From Octopus vulgaris (lineage: Eukaryota), in assembly GCA_951406725.2 (NCBI GenBank), contig OX597824.1:10168001-10232000 (forward strand): a stretch of 64,000 nucleotides of DNA, given 5' to 3'. This document shows positions 12,299-24,234 of this stretch, piece after piece. Each line of letters starts with the position of its first letter. Position 1 is the stretch's first letter. A program made the position numbers and the translations under genes. The notes beneath the pieces were generated by a model. The model was not told the DNA's origin, did no database searches, and was given only the letters and a program-made list of their open reading frames with translations.

Positions 12299-12350
<52 letters not shown>

Positions 12351-13244
12351 TGTGGGCACATGGCCTAGTGGCTAGGTTGTTGCGCTCATACTCACAAGAT
12401 CATCATCATCATCATCATCCGTTTTCCATGCTAGCATGGGTTGGACGGTTCGACTGGGGTCTGGGAAGCCAGGAGGCTGCACAAGGCTCCAGTCTGATCT
12501 GGCAATGTTTCTACAGCTGGATGCCCTTCCTAACGCCAACTACTCCATGAATGTAGTGGGTGCTTTTTACGTGCCACCGGCACAGAAGCCAGTCAAGGTG
12601 GTGCTGGCATCGGCCACGTTCGGATGGTGCTTTTTATGTGCCACCAGCACAGGATCACAACTACAATTTCCATTGATTTTTGGTGTTGATGTACTTGACT
12701 CAATAGGTCTCCTCAAGCACAGGGTCGAAACGGTGTTTCTTTATTTGTCACCTGCACAGGAGTCAGTCCAGCGGCACTGGCAACGGCCAGGTTCGATATT
12801 CCCAGATTGCCAATGTATCGTCTATTTTAGCAAAACACTTCATTTCCCATTGTCCCATTCTGTTAAGCTATTGAATAGATAATCCTACAATGGACTGGCA
12901 TTTTGTTCAGGGTGAATGTTGCCTTGCCCACCTAGCCAATGGAATGACATTATTCAAAAGCTACACCAATGAGAGGAAGTGCATAGTGAGTAGCGGTGTG
13001 TAACAGCATCTGATAGTCTGGTCGATACAAAGACATGACTGAGCTGGTATAGTCATGTTGCGAGAATGGATGAGGATAGCTGTGTGAAAAAGTGCCACAC
13101 CCTAGCAGCTGAGGTAACCTGTGGAAGAGGTAGACCCAAGAAGATTTGATAGGTAGTATTTTTGGCTGTAACGGACAGACATGAGATTAGCATTGTTGTT
13201 GGTGATTGCCTTTGTGGACATAGCTTTACACACACACACACACA

Positions 13245-13278
<34 letters not shown>

Positions 13279-13417
13279 TAACTACCATATGCAGAACCAC
13301 CACCACCACCACCACAAACTGCTTTTGCAGCTACAGAAAAATATGTATATGTAAAAAAAAAAAAAAAAGAATTCACAAAAATATTGATAAAATAAGGAAT
13401 TCTACAAGAAAACATAC

Positions 13418-13518
13418 CTCAGAATTATTCTGGAGAAATTCATCTTGAGTCAAGTTATAAAAGAAATATTCTTCCCAGGTGTTGTTCACAAGGATTATTA
13501 AGAAGCCTTTGACTTTCT
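13418..13518 (-). CDS. Ectodomain exon (101 bp, phase 1-0)
   Basis: Long pyrimidine tract + CAG acceptor, GAG|GTATGT donor. Encodes (E)KVKGFLIILVNNTWEEYFFYNLTQDEFLQNNSE with three N-x-S/T sequons. Confidence 0.82.
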
Positions 13519-13633
13519 CTGTGGACAAAGAAGAGAAAAACAGAAAAAAAAGAGTAGGTGAGTGATGGTTTAAAGTTATGTAGTCTATTTCATCATCATC
13601 AACATCATCGTCATCATCATCATCATCATCACT

Positions 13634-13664
<31 letters not shown>

Positions 13665-13892
13665 ACAACATCATCGTCATCGTCGTCATCATCGTCATCA
13701 TCATCGTCGTCGTCGTCATCATCATCCTCATCCTCATCATCATCATCATCATCATCATAGTTTTAAAGTCTACTTTAAAACTATGACAAGATTCCGCGTT
13801 CGATTGCAGGCAGTAACCTGAATAATAATAATAATAATAATAATATCGAAGAATACCTTAGGAATGAGAACCCAGGTTCAAAATTTCCCCAG

Positions 13893-13938
13893 GACACCTG
13901 AAGAAGGCTGGAGAGTATATCAGCCGAAACGTTGTGTT
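13893..13938 (+). ncRNA. Minimal type-I hammerhead ribozyme
   Basis: gacac-CTGAAGA-a-ggctg/cagcc-GAAA; palindrome ACGT; GUU; gtgtt closes helix I. Confidence 0.8.
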
Positions 13939-14374
13939 AGCAACAAACAAGATGAGGGCAAATATCCATCAAATGTAGATAATTAAAATTTTTTTAAAAT
14001 TTTACTAACCCTGTGATGGTGCTTTCCATTTAAGTTGGCTCCAAATCTTGTTGCCATCCAACTTCTCCGAGAACTGACCATCTTGAAAGGAACTGTATTG
14101 ACCAGCAAGTGCATGGAAGTTTTCTGAAAAAGGGAGAAAATTCATTTTTAGGTTCTAAATATCACCTCTCTTTGAGGAAGATAGCATGTATTCTTTACCT
14201 TTCAAATATGGGAGTTAAATATTTTCTCCAAATTGATCAGGAAATTTAAACCAGCTAAATTTGACCAGTTCCATATAAAGCTGGGTATGTTTACATATGA
14301 TCCCTTAAAAAAATAATTTGATCAGAACTAAATTAAAATTTTGTTAGATAAACCTCATAATAATAATAATAATG

Positions 14375-14850
14375 AAATTTTTATATACAGTGCTCAGGTG
14401 CACCACAACTTGTCAAAAGTGCGTATAAAGCATATGCAGTAATGTACAAATGTCTGGGAGTGAACAGTGTATGAGTTAGATACATGCTTGCGTGTGTATG
14501 GAGGGGAGAAAATCAGGTGTAGTGTTGGCGAATCTCAGGAAGCATGGAAGTTTTGAAGGATGCAGTGCTCAGACAACTAACAACTGATGCTGGCAGTTTG
14601 TTCCATGCTTCAGCAACTCTCAGCGTGAAAAAAATGCTTCCTAAAGTCATGGGAGCTGTGCTGTTGTCTGACTTTGCAAACATGTCCACGGGTGTTAGAC
14701 AGGTGGAGTTTGAAAAGGTGCTCAGAGTTATTGTTTGTAAGATGGTTAATAATTTTATGGATGTCTGCCAAGTCAGCTGCCAGACATCGGAGTTTCAATG
14801 TATCCATGCCCAGGGAAGTAAGGCGTTCAGAATATGGCAAATGCCTGATG
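14375..14850 (-). mobile_element. CR1-like LINE 3' end
   Basis: MPYSERLTSLGMDTLKLR...DLADIHKII...NTRGHVCKV...RKHFF, followed by a 3' UTR and (TTA)n tail. Confidence 0.8.
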
Positions 14851-15171
14851 GAGGGTATTCTCTTGGTTACACGTGATGTTGAAGGTGATTATGATGACGA
14901 TGGTGGTGATGTTGGTGTTGGCTATGATGATAATGATGGTGATATGACATTAATAGTGGCAATAGTGAAGTGATGATGATGATGTTGTTGTTGGTGGTAG
15001 TGGTGGTGGGTAACAATGATGGTGATAATGAGAATGAGTCAACACGATAATGTTGAAGATGATGTGATTGGCTGAAATGGCGATGAGGATGAAGATGATG
15101 GTAGTGGCAGCAGTGGCACTGGTGGTGATGGTACTAGGAGTGGTAGTGGTGGTGTAGTTGTTGTTATTATT

Positions 15172-15219
<48 letters not shown>

Positions 15220-15289
15220 GGTTATGGTGGTGGTCGTGGTGGTGGTTGTGGTGTTGTCTTTGTTGTTGCTGTTGTTGTTATTATTATTG

Positions 15290-15321
<32 letters not shown>

Positions 15322-16232
15322 GGTGGTTGTTGTGGTGGTGGTGGTGTCGTTGTTGTTGTTGTTGGTGGTGGTAGTGGTCGTGGTGGCAGAGGAGAATTTA
15401 ACACAGAGAAGATTAAGGCCTACAATCTTTGCAAATTCTCATGAACCAGATGGAAAAACACGTCTCTGATGGTAGTGATGATGACGATGATGACAATGAC
15501 AATAACAATAAGAAAGATGGTGATGAATATCAATACGATGAGGATAATGGTGGGGGTGACAGTGGTGGAGGTGGTGGTTGTGGTGGTAATGTAGACACAC
15601 ATTATATATATATATATCTTTGGGTGTATATATTTGTGTCTGTATCCCCATCCCATACTTGACAACATGAAAGCACGTGGCTTAGTGGTTAGGGTATTCG
15701 GCTCATGACCATAGGGTCATGAGTTCAATTCCTGGTGGTGTGTTGTGTCCTTGAGCAAGACACTTTATTTCATGTTGCTCCAGTCCACTCAGGTGCCAAA
15801 AATGAGTAGTACCTGTATTTCAAAGGGCCAGACTTGTTACATTTTGTGTCATGCTGAATCTCCCTGAGAACTATGTGAAGGGGTACACGTGTCTGTGGAG
15901 TGCTCAGCCACTTGCAAGTTAATGTCACGAGCAAAACTATTCCATTTATTGGATCAACTGGAACCCTTGTCATCATAAGAGACAGAGTCTGCCAGTACTT
16001 GACAACCAGTGTTGCTATGTTTATATTCCTGTAACTTAGTGGTTCTCCAAAAAGAGACTAATAGAATAAGTACAGGTTTTTAAAAAAAATAAAAAAGTAC
16101 TGGAGTCAATTCATTTGACTAAAATTCTTCAAAGCAGTGCTCCAGCATGGCCACAGAGTAAATGACCACAACAAGTAAAAGATAAAAGATCTCTCCTGCA
16201 AGATATTCGAGAGTAAAAGAATTAAATCTTAC

Positions 16233-16263
16233 CTAATTTACCAAAGGTACAGTTGTAATCATC
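16233..16263 (-). CDS. Ectodomain micro-exon (31 bp, phase 0-1)
   Basis: Acceptor tttttttttatattcCAG, donor AG|GTAAGA. Encodes DDYNCTFGKL, and G+AG gives Glu with the next exon. Confidence 0.75.
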
Positions 16264-16367
16264 CTGGAATATAAAAAAAAACGTCAGTGGTAAGAATTTT
16301 CAAAGAAGAATAAGGAATTTTATTGTTCAAAATTGGTAAGATAATCATTATTATCATTATCATTTAA

Positions 16368-16590
16368 CCCTTTCGTTACCAACCCGGCTGAAACCAACTC
16401 TGGCTCAGAGTACAAATGTCTTGTTTTCATAAGTTTTGAATTAAAATCTTCCACCAAACCTTAGTCACAATTTATGTTCCTAACACTAGCTTAATGACAA
16501 TAACTAAGTTATTTTACTAAATTCTTTGTTATATTTAAAGTAACTGAAAGAAACACGGAGCATCTCAAAATAAATACAGTAACAAAAGGG
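16368..16590. mobile_element. piggyBac-type MITE
   Basis: TTAA-CCCTTTCGTTAC...GTAACAAAAGGG-TTAA. Confidence 0.8.
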
Positions 16591-16906
16591 TTAATGTCTG
16601 TTTTCCATGCTTGCATTGGATGGACAGTTTGACAAGAGCTGCACCAGACTCCAATTGTCTTTTTTGGTATGGCTTCTGTGGTTGGATGCCCTTCTTACTG
16701 CCAATCACTTTGCAGAGTGTGCTGGGTGCTTTTTATGTGGCTCCAGCATGGGCGTCTTTTTTTTTACATGGCACTAGATGTACATTAAAAGTAAATATTT
16801 ATTTATATAACGGGAAGCTTTATGAAAATAAACAAAAGACGAAGGCAGGTGGAATACAAACAAACAATTGTATTAGTATGGTGCTCAGGAATATAAATAA
16901 AACAAG

Positions 16907-16944
16907 TCTTTTACGTTTCGAGCCTACGCTCTTCGACAGAAAGA
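16907..16944 (-). ncRNA. Hammerhead-like motif with non-canonical core (CUGUCGA)
   Basis: Reverse strand reads tcttt-CTGTCGA-a-gagc(gtag)gctc-GAAA-cg-TA-aaaga. All three helices form, but core position 6 is U. Confidence 0.6.
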
Positions 16945-17209
16945 TACACAGAAAAGAAACACGGAGAGAAACAAGGAGAGAAAAAAAATGTGTGCAGAGG
17001 CTAGCAAATCAACATGGCGATCTGATTTCGGCCAGAAGTCAAAGATCAAACGTGAGACGCAAGAGCAAAATTAGGGCAGATAACAGGGTTAAATGACCTC
17101 GCCCCAACATAAGAGTGTGTGTGTGTATGAGAGAGTATGTAGTGCGTATGAGAGGTCTGGACGTGTGTATGTATATATGATGTGATGTGTAAAGTCGTAT
17201 GGTGTAGTG

Positions 17210-17742
17210 TAGAGAGAGGAGATGAGGGGGAGAGGGAAGAGGAGGGGTGATGTGTAAAGTCATATGGTGTAGTGTAGAGAGAGGAGATGAGGGGGAGAAG
17301 GGAGGAGGAGGGAAGAGAGGAGGGGGTAAGGGGGAGAGAGGGGCGGAAGATGGGGGAAAAGGAAAGAGGAGGGGAAAAGGAAAGAGGAGGGGAAAAGGAA
17401 AGAGGAGGGGAAAAGGAAAGAGGAGGGAAAAGGAAAGAGGAGAAGAGGAGGGAGAAGGGGAAAGGTGAGAGTGGAGAGGGGGAGAAGGAAAGAGAAGGGA
17501 GGAGGAGGGGGGAAGGGGGAGAAGGAAGGAGAGGAGAAGAGGAGGGGAGAGGAGGAGGGAGGATAGAGGGAGAGGGGGAGAGGGAGAGAGAAGGGGAGTG
17601 AGGGAGCAGAGAGAAAGAGGGAAGAAGGGAGAGGAGGGAAAGGGAGTAGGGGTGAAAGGATGAAGGACTGAAGAGAAGTAGGGCTCAGGGGGAGGTTAGA
17701 TGAGGAGGGGGCAGAGGGGGGTTAGATGAGGAGTGGGGGAGA
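17210..17742 (+). repeat. Polypurine (G/A) tract with tandem ggggaaaaggaaagagga units
   Basis: Almost pyrimidine-free from about 17280 to 17650. Confidence 0.9.
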
Positions 17743-18005
17743 GTTGCTTATATACAGTATTTACTTATATGCATAAAATATAATAATACGCGTATGAATT
17801 TGTGTGCTCTGCTTGAGCAGAACAAGTCCACACACGAGGACAGAAAGTGTTGCTGAAGAGGTCACAGATGTGTGATGAAAGACTTCTGGACAATGAACAT
17901 GAATTACAATAAGAACAGTAATAAACGAGTGAAGAACAAATATATAGTGCGTGTGTTTATTTGGCAAAAGAAAATGACCATCCTGAAATACAGCAATATA
18001 ATAAT

Positions 18006-18397
18006 ACTAGCAGTATCCCCTGGCGTTGCTCGGGTTTGTTTTGACCCTTTAGAATTGGAATTTTTGAAAAGTAAAAATTTTGTATTATGTAGCTTGTTAT
18101 TCTCTTTAAGTGAACATTTTTCTGGTTGAAATACACCGAAAAATGGCGACACAGCAGTAAAAAAATCGTAAAATTAAGGATTTTCATAGAAAAAAAGCAC
18201 CTTTTTGATGTAAATAATTTTTGGTGTTAACATGGTCTGATTTGAATTTTTTCTTCTATGGAAGGAAGAGCAAGCCTTCTTCTATCATACTCTCAATTTT
18301 GGTCAACTTGCGCCGCAGGGTCTCAGAGGAGATAGCGTTAATTGAAGGCTACCAAACCTGCCATACACAGACAACTTCAGCTTTATATATAGAGAGA
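18006..18397 (-). mobile_element. Non-autonomous Helitron (~390 bp), copy 1
   Basis: Minus strand starts TCTCTATATATAAAGCTG and ends with a CCCGAGCAACGCCAGGG hairpin + CTAGT. Confidence 0.75.
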
Positions 18398-19604
18398 TAT
18401 CATCATCATCATCATCATCATTGTTTAATGTCCACTTCCCCCATGCTTGCATGAATCAGATGAAACTTGTTGAGGGATCTTTTCTACAGCCATATGATCT
18501 TCCTGTTTATCAGCCATCACCTGTTTCCAAGCAAAGTGATATTCTCTAATAACTAGACATGTTTTACACGAAGGACTGGAAATTAACAACACCACTTGTA
18601 TGTTGGTGATGCTCATTTACAATAATCACATGATGTCAAGATAAAGATACACACAAACAAACACACACACACACACAAGTGTGCTTATAAATAGGCTTAC
18701 ATATAAGGTGGCATTAGGAAGGGCATCCAACCATAGAACCATGCCAAAACAGATGACTAGATTCTGGGCAGGTCTCCAGCAGGCCAGCTCCTGCCTAATG
18801 ATGATGATGAGGAGGAGGAGGAGGGGAGGAGGAGGAAGAGGAGGAGGAGAAGGATACTCTTGCTTCTATCTTCCCTCTCATTCTGGTCTTTCTGATGTTG
18901 TTCTGTCTTTGTCCCTCTGTCTGTAAGTCTGTCTGTCCAAGTTCTCTCTCTCCCTCCTCTCCTACTCTTCTCCCCTCTCTTTGTTATCCCCCTCCTAGGT
19001 CACCTAACCAAAATCTTCACAGCCTAAGTTAATGACCATCCTATACTCTCCCTCAACTACTCATTCTTGGTTTTTCTTCAGCCATTACTCCCTCTCATAC
19101 TTAGCCTACACACCTTAGAGATCTTAGATACTCTTACCATGCATGGTACAGCAACTTTTTGTGCTGATGCTGCAATGGAATCAACAGCTCTCCGTCCACA
19201 GGGGAATGGTGAGGGATACTAACCATCCCCTAGTGCTATGCTCATGAAAATGTACCAGTGCAAAGAATAAAGTCATGGGGCAAACAAGGGAGAAAGTGTG
19301 GGATTTTCTGTGTATGTATATAGATACCTCCAAACAAACATGATTTTTATTGAACTCCTAATACTTATTGTTTAATATTTTCTCAGATATTTCCTTGTAA
19401 ACTGTTTTTAACATTTTCTTATTATTATCAAAGAATGTATATATATATTTTAATACTTTTGTGACAACCAGTACTTGACACAACAAAGCTTATACAAAGC
19501 TTTACATTTTACTTTTGACAATCTTTTTCTAAAAAAAGCGAAAACGGTCAAGTGAATAAACATCTTTAAAATTGGATTTTCAAACCTTCTTTCATATATA
19601 TATA

Positions 19605-19752
19605 TATATAATATTAATTCGAGACAAAACCACTATTTTGCAAAACAAACAAGGAAAGACTTAATCAATACATAAAAATTTTTATGTATTGATTAAGTCT
19701 TTCCTTGTTTGTTTTGCAAAATAGTGGTTTTGTCTCGAATTAATATTATATA
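19605..19752. repeat. Perfect 148-bp palindrome with no spacer
   Basis: Arms checked base by base; centre at 19678/19679. Confidence 0.95.
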
Positions 19753-21057
19753 ATATTTTACTATAAAATTGGATTTAATCCTAAATCTGATTTTTTCCAT
19801 GTAAATTTGGATTTATTCCCTAATATTTATTATTATATATATATATATATATAGATAGATAGATAGATATATAGATATATATATAGATATATATATAGAT
19901 ATATATATATATATATTATAGATAGATAGATAAAGTGAGAGAGAGAGAGAGAAAGATACATTATATATTCGTGTGTGTGTGTGTGTGTGTATGTGATCCT
20001 CTTTATCTGGTTTCTGTTAGCTTATGGTCATGTTTTTAGTAAAAAAACAAAAAGAGAAATATTCCTTTGTAAATAAAATGTGCAAAGTAGCAAGCTACAT
20101 AAACTGCATTCATGGATCTTAACAAATCACTTATATATGTTCTCCAGCCCACTTATATTTCTGCATTGTCAAATGTAGTTTATTGTTCAAATTTCAGCTT
20201 GTTAGCTGAACATACTCCCTTTCAGGAAGACCATTTGCTACAAAATTTGTTCATTTAGCAGCCTGTTTGTACAAAATATTGCAGCACTTATACAAATGCT
20301 TAATCTACTTGTGATTTGTTGTCCAAATTTCAAATTATTAAATGAATGGCTTTCTGCTGACAGTTTGTTCGTTAAATTTCAGCTCATTATGCATGGTTGG
20401 ACGGTTCGACCGAGGTCTGGAAAGCCAGTGGCTGCACCAGACTCCAATCTGATCTGGCAATGTTTCTACAGCTGGATGCCCTTCCTAACGCCAACCACTC
20501 TGAGAATGTAGTGGGTGTTTTTTACATGCCACCAGCACAGGAGCCAGTTAGACAGCACTGGCATCGATTATATTCGGATAGTGCTTTTTACGTACCACTG
20601 GCATGGGGAGCCAGTCAGGGAGCACTGGACACAGCTACGATTTTGGTTTTATTTGACACAACAGGTCTTCTCAAACAAATCATATCGCCCGACGCATCAA
20701 GAGTACTTCTTAATGGACCAGACATGCTGGCATTGGCCATGGCCTTGATCTCATTTTAGTTGTTGGATCTTCTCAATCACAGCATATTTCCAAAGGTTTC
20801 AGTTTCCTGTCATTGCCTCTCTCTCTCTCTCTCTCTCTCTCTCCTTATATATATATATATATATATATGATAGATCGTAGCCACTACACACATTTTTTTC
20901 TTTCCTTGTTTCTCTCCTTGTTTTTTCTGTGTCCCTTTCTGTAGAAGAGCGTAGGCTCAAAACATAAAAGACTCTTTCTATTCCTGAGCGTTATATTAAT
21001 ACATCTGTTTGTTTTGTACACCACCTGCCTTCGTCTTTTGTTTTTTTCGTAAACTCT

Positions 21058-21092
<35 letters not shown>

Positions 21093-21095
<3 letters not shown>

Positions 21096-21319
21096 GGTTG
21101 ATCAAAAGCCATGTGACAGTAAATCAAAACCATTTAATTCCCAGATTTATTTATGTTTAACAACTGAATGAATTTAATAAAAGCATCTAAATATGAAATA
21201 CGATGGAAATAATTCAATCTGAAATCCTTCTTGAGTGAAACATTTTTCCCATTCAAGTGAATACAGAATTACAGATAGTATTTATGAAATTTTGATTCAC
21301 TGTCAGGTGACTTTTGGCC

Positions 21320-21320
<1 letters not shown>
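21093..21320. mobile_element. Tc1/mariner-type MITE between TA runs
   Basis: Imperfect TIRs caaaagccatgtgacagtaaatcaaaa / ttttgattcactgtcaggtgacttttg. Confidence 0.6.
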
Positions 21321-21375
<55 letters not shown>

Positions 21376-22951
21376 TGAATTGAAGAAATGGAGCTGAACG
21401 AAGATTGAACAGAAATCGTTTTATTTCATTCTACACGTGTTTCGAACACGTGTAGAATGATATAAAACGATTTCTGTTCAATCTTCGTTCAGCTCCATTT
21501 CTTCAATTCACCAATAATATTTTAATTTCAATTATCCGCACCAACGCACGGTTGCAACACCATATGGTTGTACCTCCAACCGTGCTGTCTTCTGCTGTGA
21601 TTTTTGCTACCAAGGTATCGGTTAAACTTTTGATTAATCTCCTACAAGATTATTCATCTTTCTATTTCACATAATATATATATATATATATATATATATG
21701 TAATAAATAAAATATATGCATGCATACAAACATATATGTACGTACCTACATTTACATGTATATATACATGCATATATAAATATATATACGTGAGTACAGG
21801 ACACTGCAACTAGACGTAGAACTCAACGAAAAACGAAAACGGACAAGCCATATTTTTTACAACAAAAGAACAGAGACGAAACGGAAATGGGATAAACATT
21901 ATTTTTTACAACAGAAAAACAAGGTACAGGACAAACCACAGAGGAAAAATCCCCAGTTCATCAGCTGTCTCTAGCTAACTCAAGAGTGTTTCGAAGGATA
22001 AAACAGGACACGACTCGTCAACTAGTCCTTCATTGCGAGAGAATTAAAATAAAATAGCCTCGCATAGGGGCAAAAACAGACAAGAAAAACATGTGACAAA
22101 AAACAGGATGTAAAAACGATACAAATGCAAAATAAAATACAAGATAAAAATACACGTACAAGAAAATACAAAACGAGAAATAAAAAGAAAATACAAAACG
22201 AGAAATCAAAAGACAAGAAAACAAACGAGAAAAACAAAACGAAAAGGCCTTTGTTTGGCAAGACGAGGATGTTGTAGTAGCAGCGCAAGGGAACACGTCC
22301 TTTCAGCTTAAAAGCAGGAGGTGAAAGGAAGTGGCCAGGAGTGGCGAAGATGAGGAAGAGAGAGGGAGAGAGAGAGAGAGATAGAAGAAGAGAAGCGGCA
22401 AGAGAGAGAAGGGGAAGAGTGAGCAAGAGAGAGAGAGCGGGGAAGGCAAAGCAAAGGGAGAGAATTATCGCGTCTCAATTATATATAACAAAACTGGGAG
22501 GAAGGGAAGTGGGACGAAACGACGAATCGAATCGACCCTGACGCGAACGTGTAGATGTAGGTACGTACATATATGTTTGTATGCATGCATATATTTTATT
22601 TATTACAGAATCGATTAATGGAAATCGATCAATGGAAATTGCAGATGTGTTACCAGTGCCGGTGGCATGTAAGAGAACCTTCCGTTTCGTGTCCATTGCC
22701 AGCCTCGCCTGGCCCTCGTGCCGGTGGCACATAAAAAGCACCATCCGTTCGTGGCCGTTTGCCAGCTCTGTCTGGCACCTGTGCGGGTGGCACGTAAAAG
22801 CACCCACTACACTCACAGAGTGGTTGGCGTTAGGAAGGGCATCCAGCCGTAGAAACACTGCCAGATCAGACTTGAGCCTGGTGCAGCCTTCTGGCTTCAC
22901 AGACCCCAGTAGAACCGTCCAACCCATGCTAGCATGGAAAACGGACGCTAA

Positions 22952-22985
<34 letters not shown>

Positions 22986-23180
22986 CATTATTGTCTGACA
23001 GCGCGTTCGCGTCAGGGTCGATTCGATTCGTCGTTTCGTCCCACTTCCCTTCCTCTCAGTTTTGTTATATATATATATATATATATATATTGGTAAAAAT
23101 GGTAAGATAACAAGAGAAAGAAAGAGACCTCAATATTATGTAAATAGAGGAATTTATCTGTAAAAGTAATATGTAGCCAA

Positions 23181-23242
23181 GATAAAAACTCTGAGTTTCG
23201 GATGCTGAGGTGGAAATCCGCATCACCATCTCATCAGTTATC
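23181..23242 (-). ncRNA. Hammerhead ribozyme, left arm of fold-back element
   Basis: Reverse strand reads gataa-CTGATGA-gatg...catcc-GAAA-ctcagag-TT-tttatc. Confidence 0.7.
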
Positions 23243-23302
23243 GGGCCATTGGAAAAATGCTAAGTATAACGGTCTTTTTGCATAGCGTTTTTCCGATGGC
23301 CG

Positions 23303-23363
23303 GATAACTGAAGAGATGGTAGTGTGGATTTCCACCTCGCCATCCGAAACTCAGAGTTTTATC
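23303..23363 (+). ncRNA. Hammerhead ribozyme, right arm of fold-back element
   Basis: gataa-CTGAAGA-gatgg...ccatc-c-GAAA; helix III ACTC(a)GAGT; GUU; ttatc. Confidence 0.78.
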
Positions 23364-24234
23364 TTGGCTACCGAATAATTGTCACATATTACTTTTACCG
23401 ATATATATATATATATATATATAACATTCCAAATCTATATATATGTATATATAAGGAACCTTTATCAATTCTGTTTACCAGATCAATTCACAAGGCGTTG
23501 GCTAACCTTGTGCTAAAATAGAAGACACTTGCTCAGGGTGCTGTGCAATGGGACTGAATGGTTGAGGTCAGGTCTCTCTGGTGTTGGCAGATGATGTTTG
23601 GGAGTTGAACGTTGAGTAAGGAATAAAAGGTGCTGTCAGCTGCAAAACATTGGGGCTTTATTGGAGGTGACGGTAGATTTATAATTTCCTGTGTATGCAT
23701 GTGAAAAAGCTTTTTATGCCATTGTCTGTATTTGAATACAATTAGCATTTGTAATTGATATAACATGAATCTCTGAAAGACATTTGAGGAAAGCCTTTTT
23801 ATTACATTTCAGCTTTTTGCCGATCACTAATTTTTTTCTTTCTACAGTAAAATTCAATATCTGGAAAATATAAATCATGTAAAAAATCTAAAATAAAAAT
23901 AAAATAACTAAATAAAACAGCATGAACACAGTTTTATTGTATTTTAGCTTTTAATTCACTGATTTTGCTTTTTTTTGCATAACCATAGATCTTGTCATGC
24001 ATTTGATGCCATATAGAGCGGAAGTTGTTCACGTAAAAGATTTGAAAGAAAATTGTAAAGAAACATTCCTTTCATATCTTGCAAGCCTGGTTGGGTTGTT
24101 TCAATAGTCACTTTGTAACCACGTAGTTTTGAGTTCAGTCCCACGACGTGGCAGCTTGGGCACTTACTATTGATCAAGGTTGACCAGTCTCTTGTGGGTG
24201 TATTTGGTAAACAGAAACCATGTAGAATACCTTG

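Noticed and set aside
13558-13821. Poly-His ORF
   Set aside because: (CAT)n microsatellite with no splice or start context.
17765-17982. Signal-peptide-like MVIFFCQINTRTIYLFFTRLLLFLL followed by a Cys-rich frame
   Set aside because: Needs a frameshift and a stop read-through to join the next exon; kept only as an unresolved candidate.
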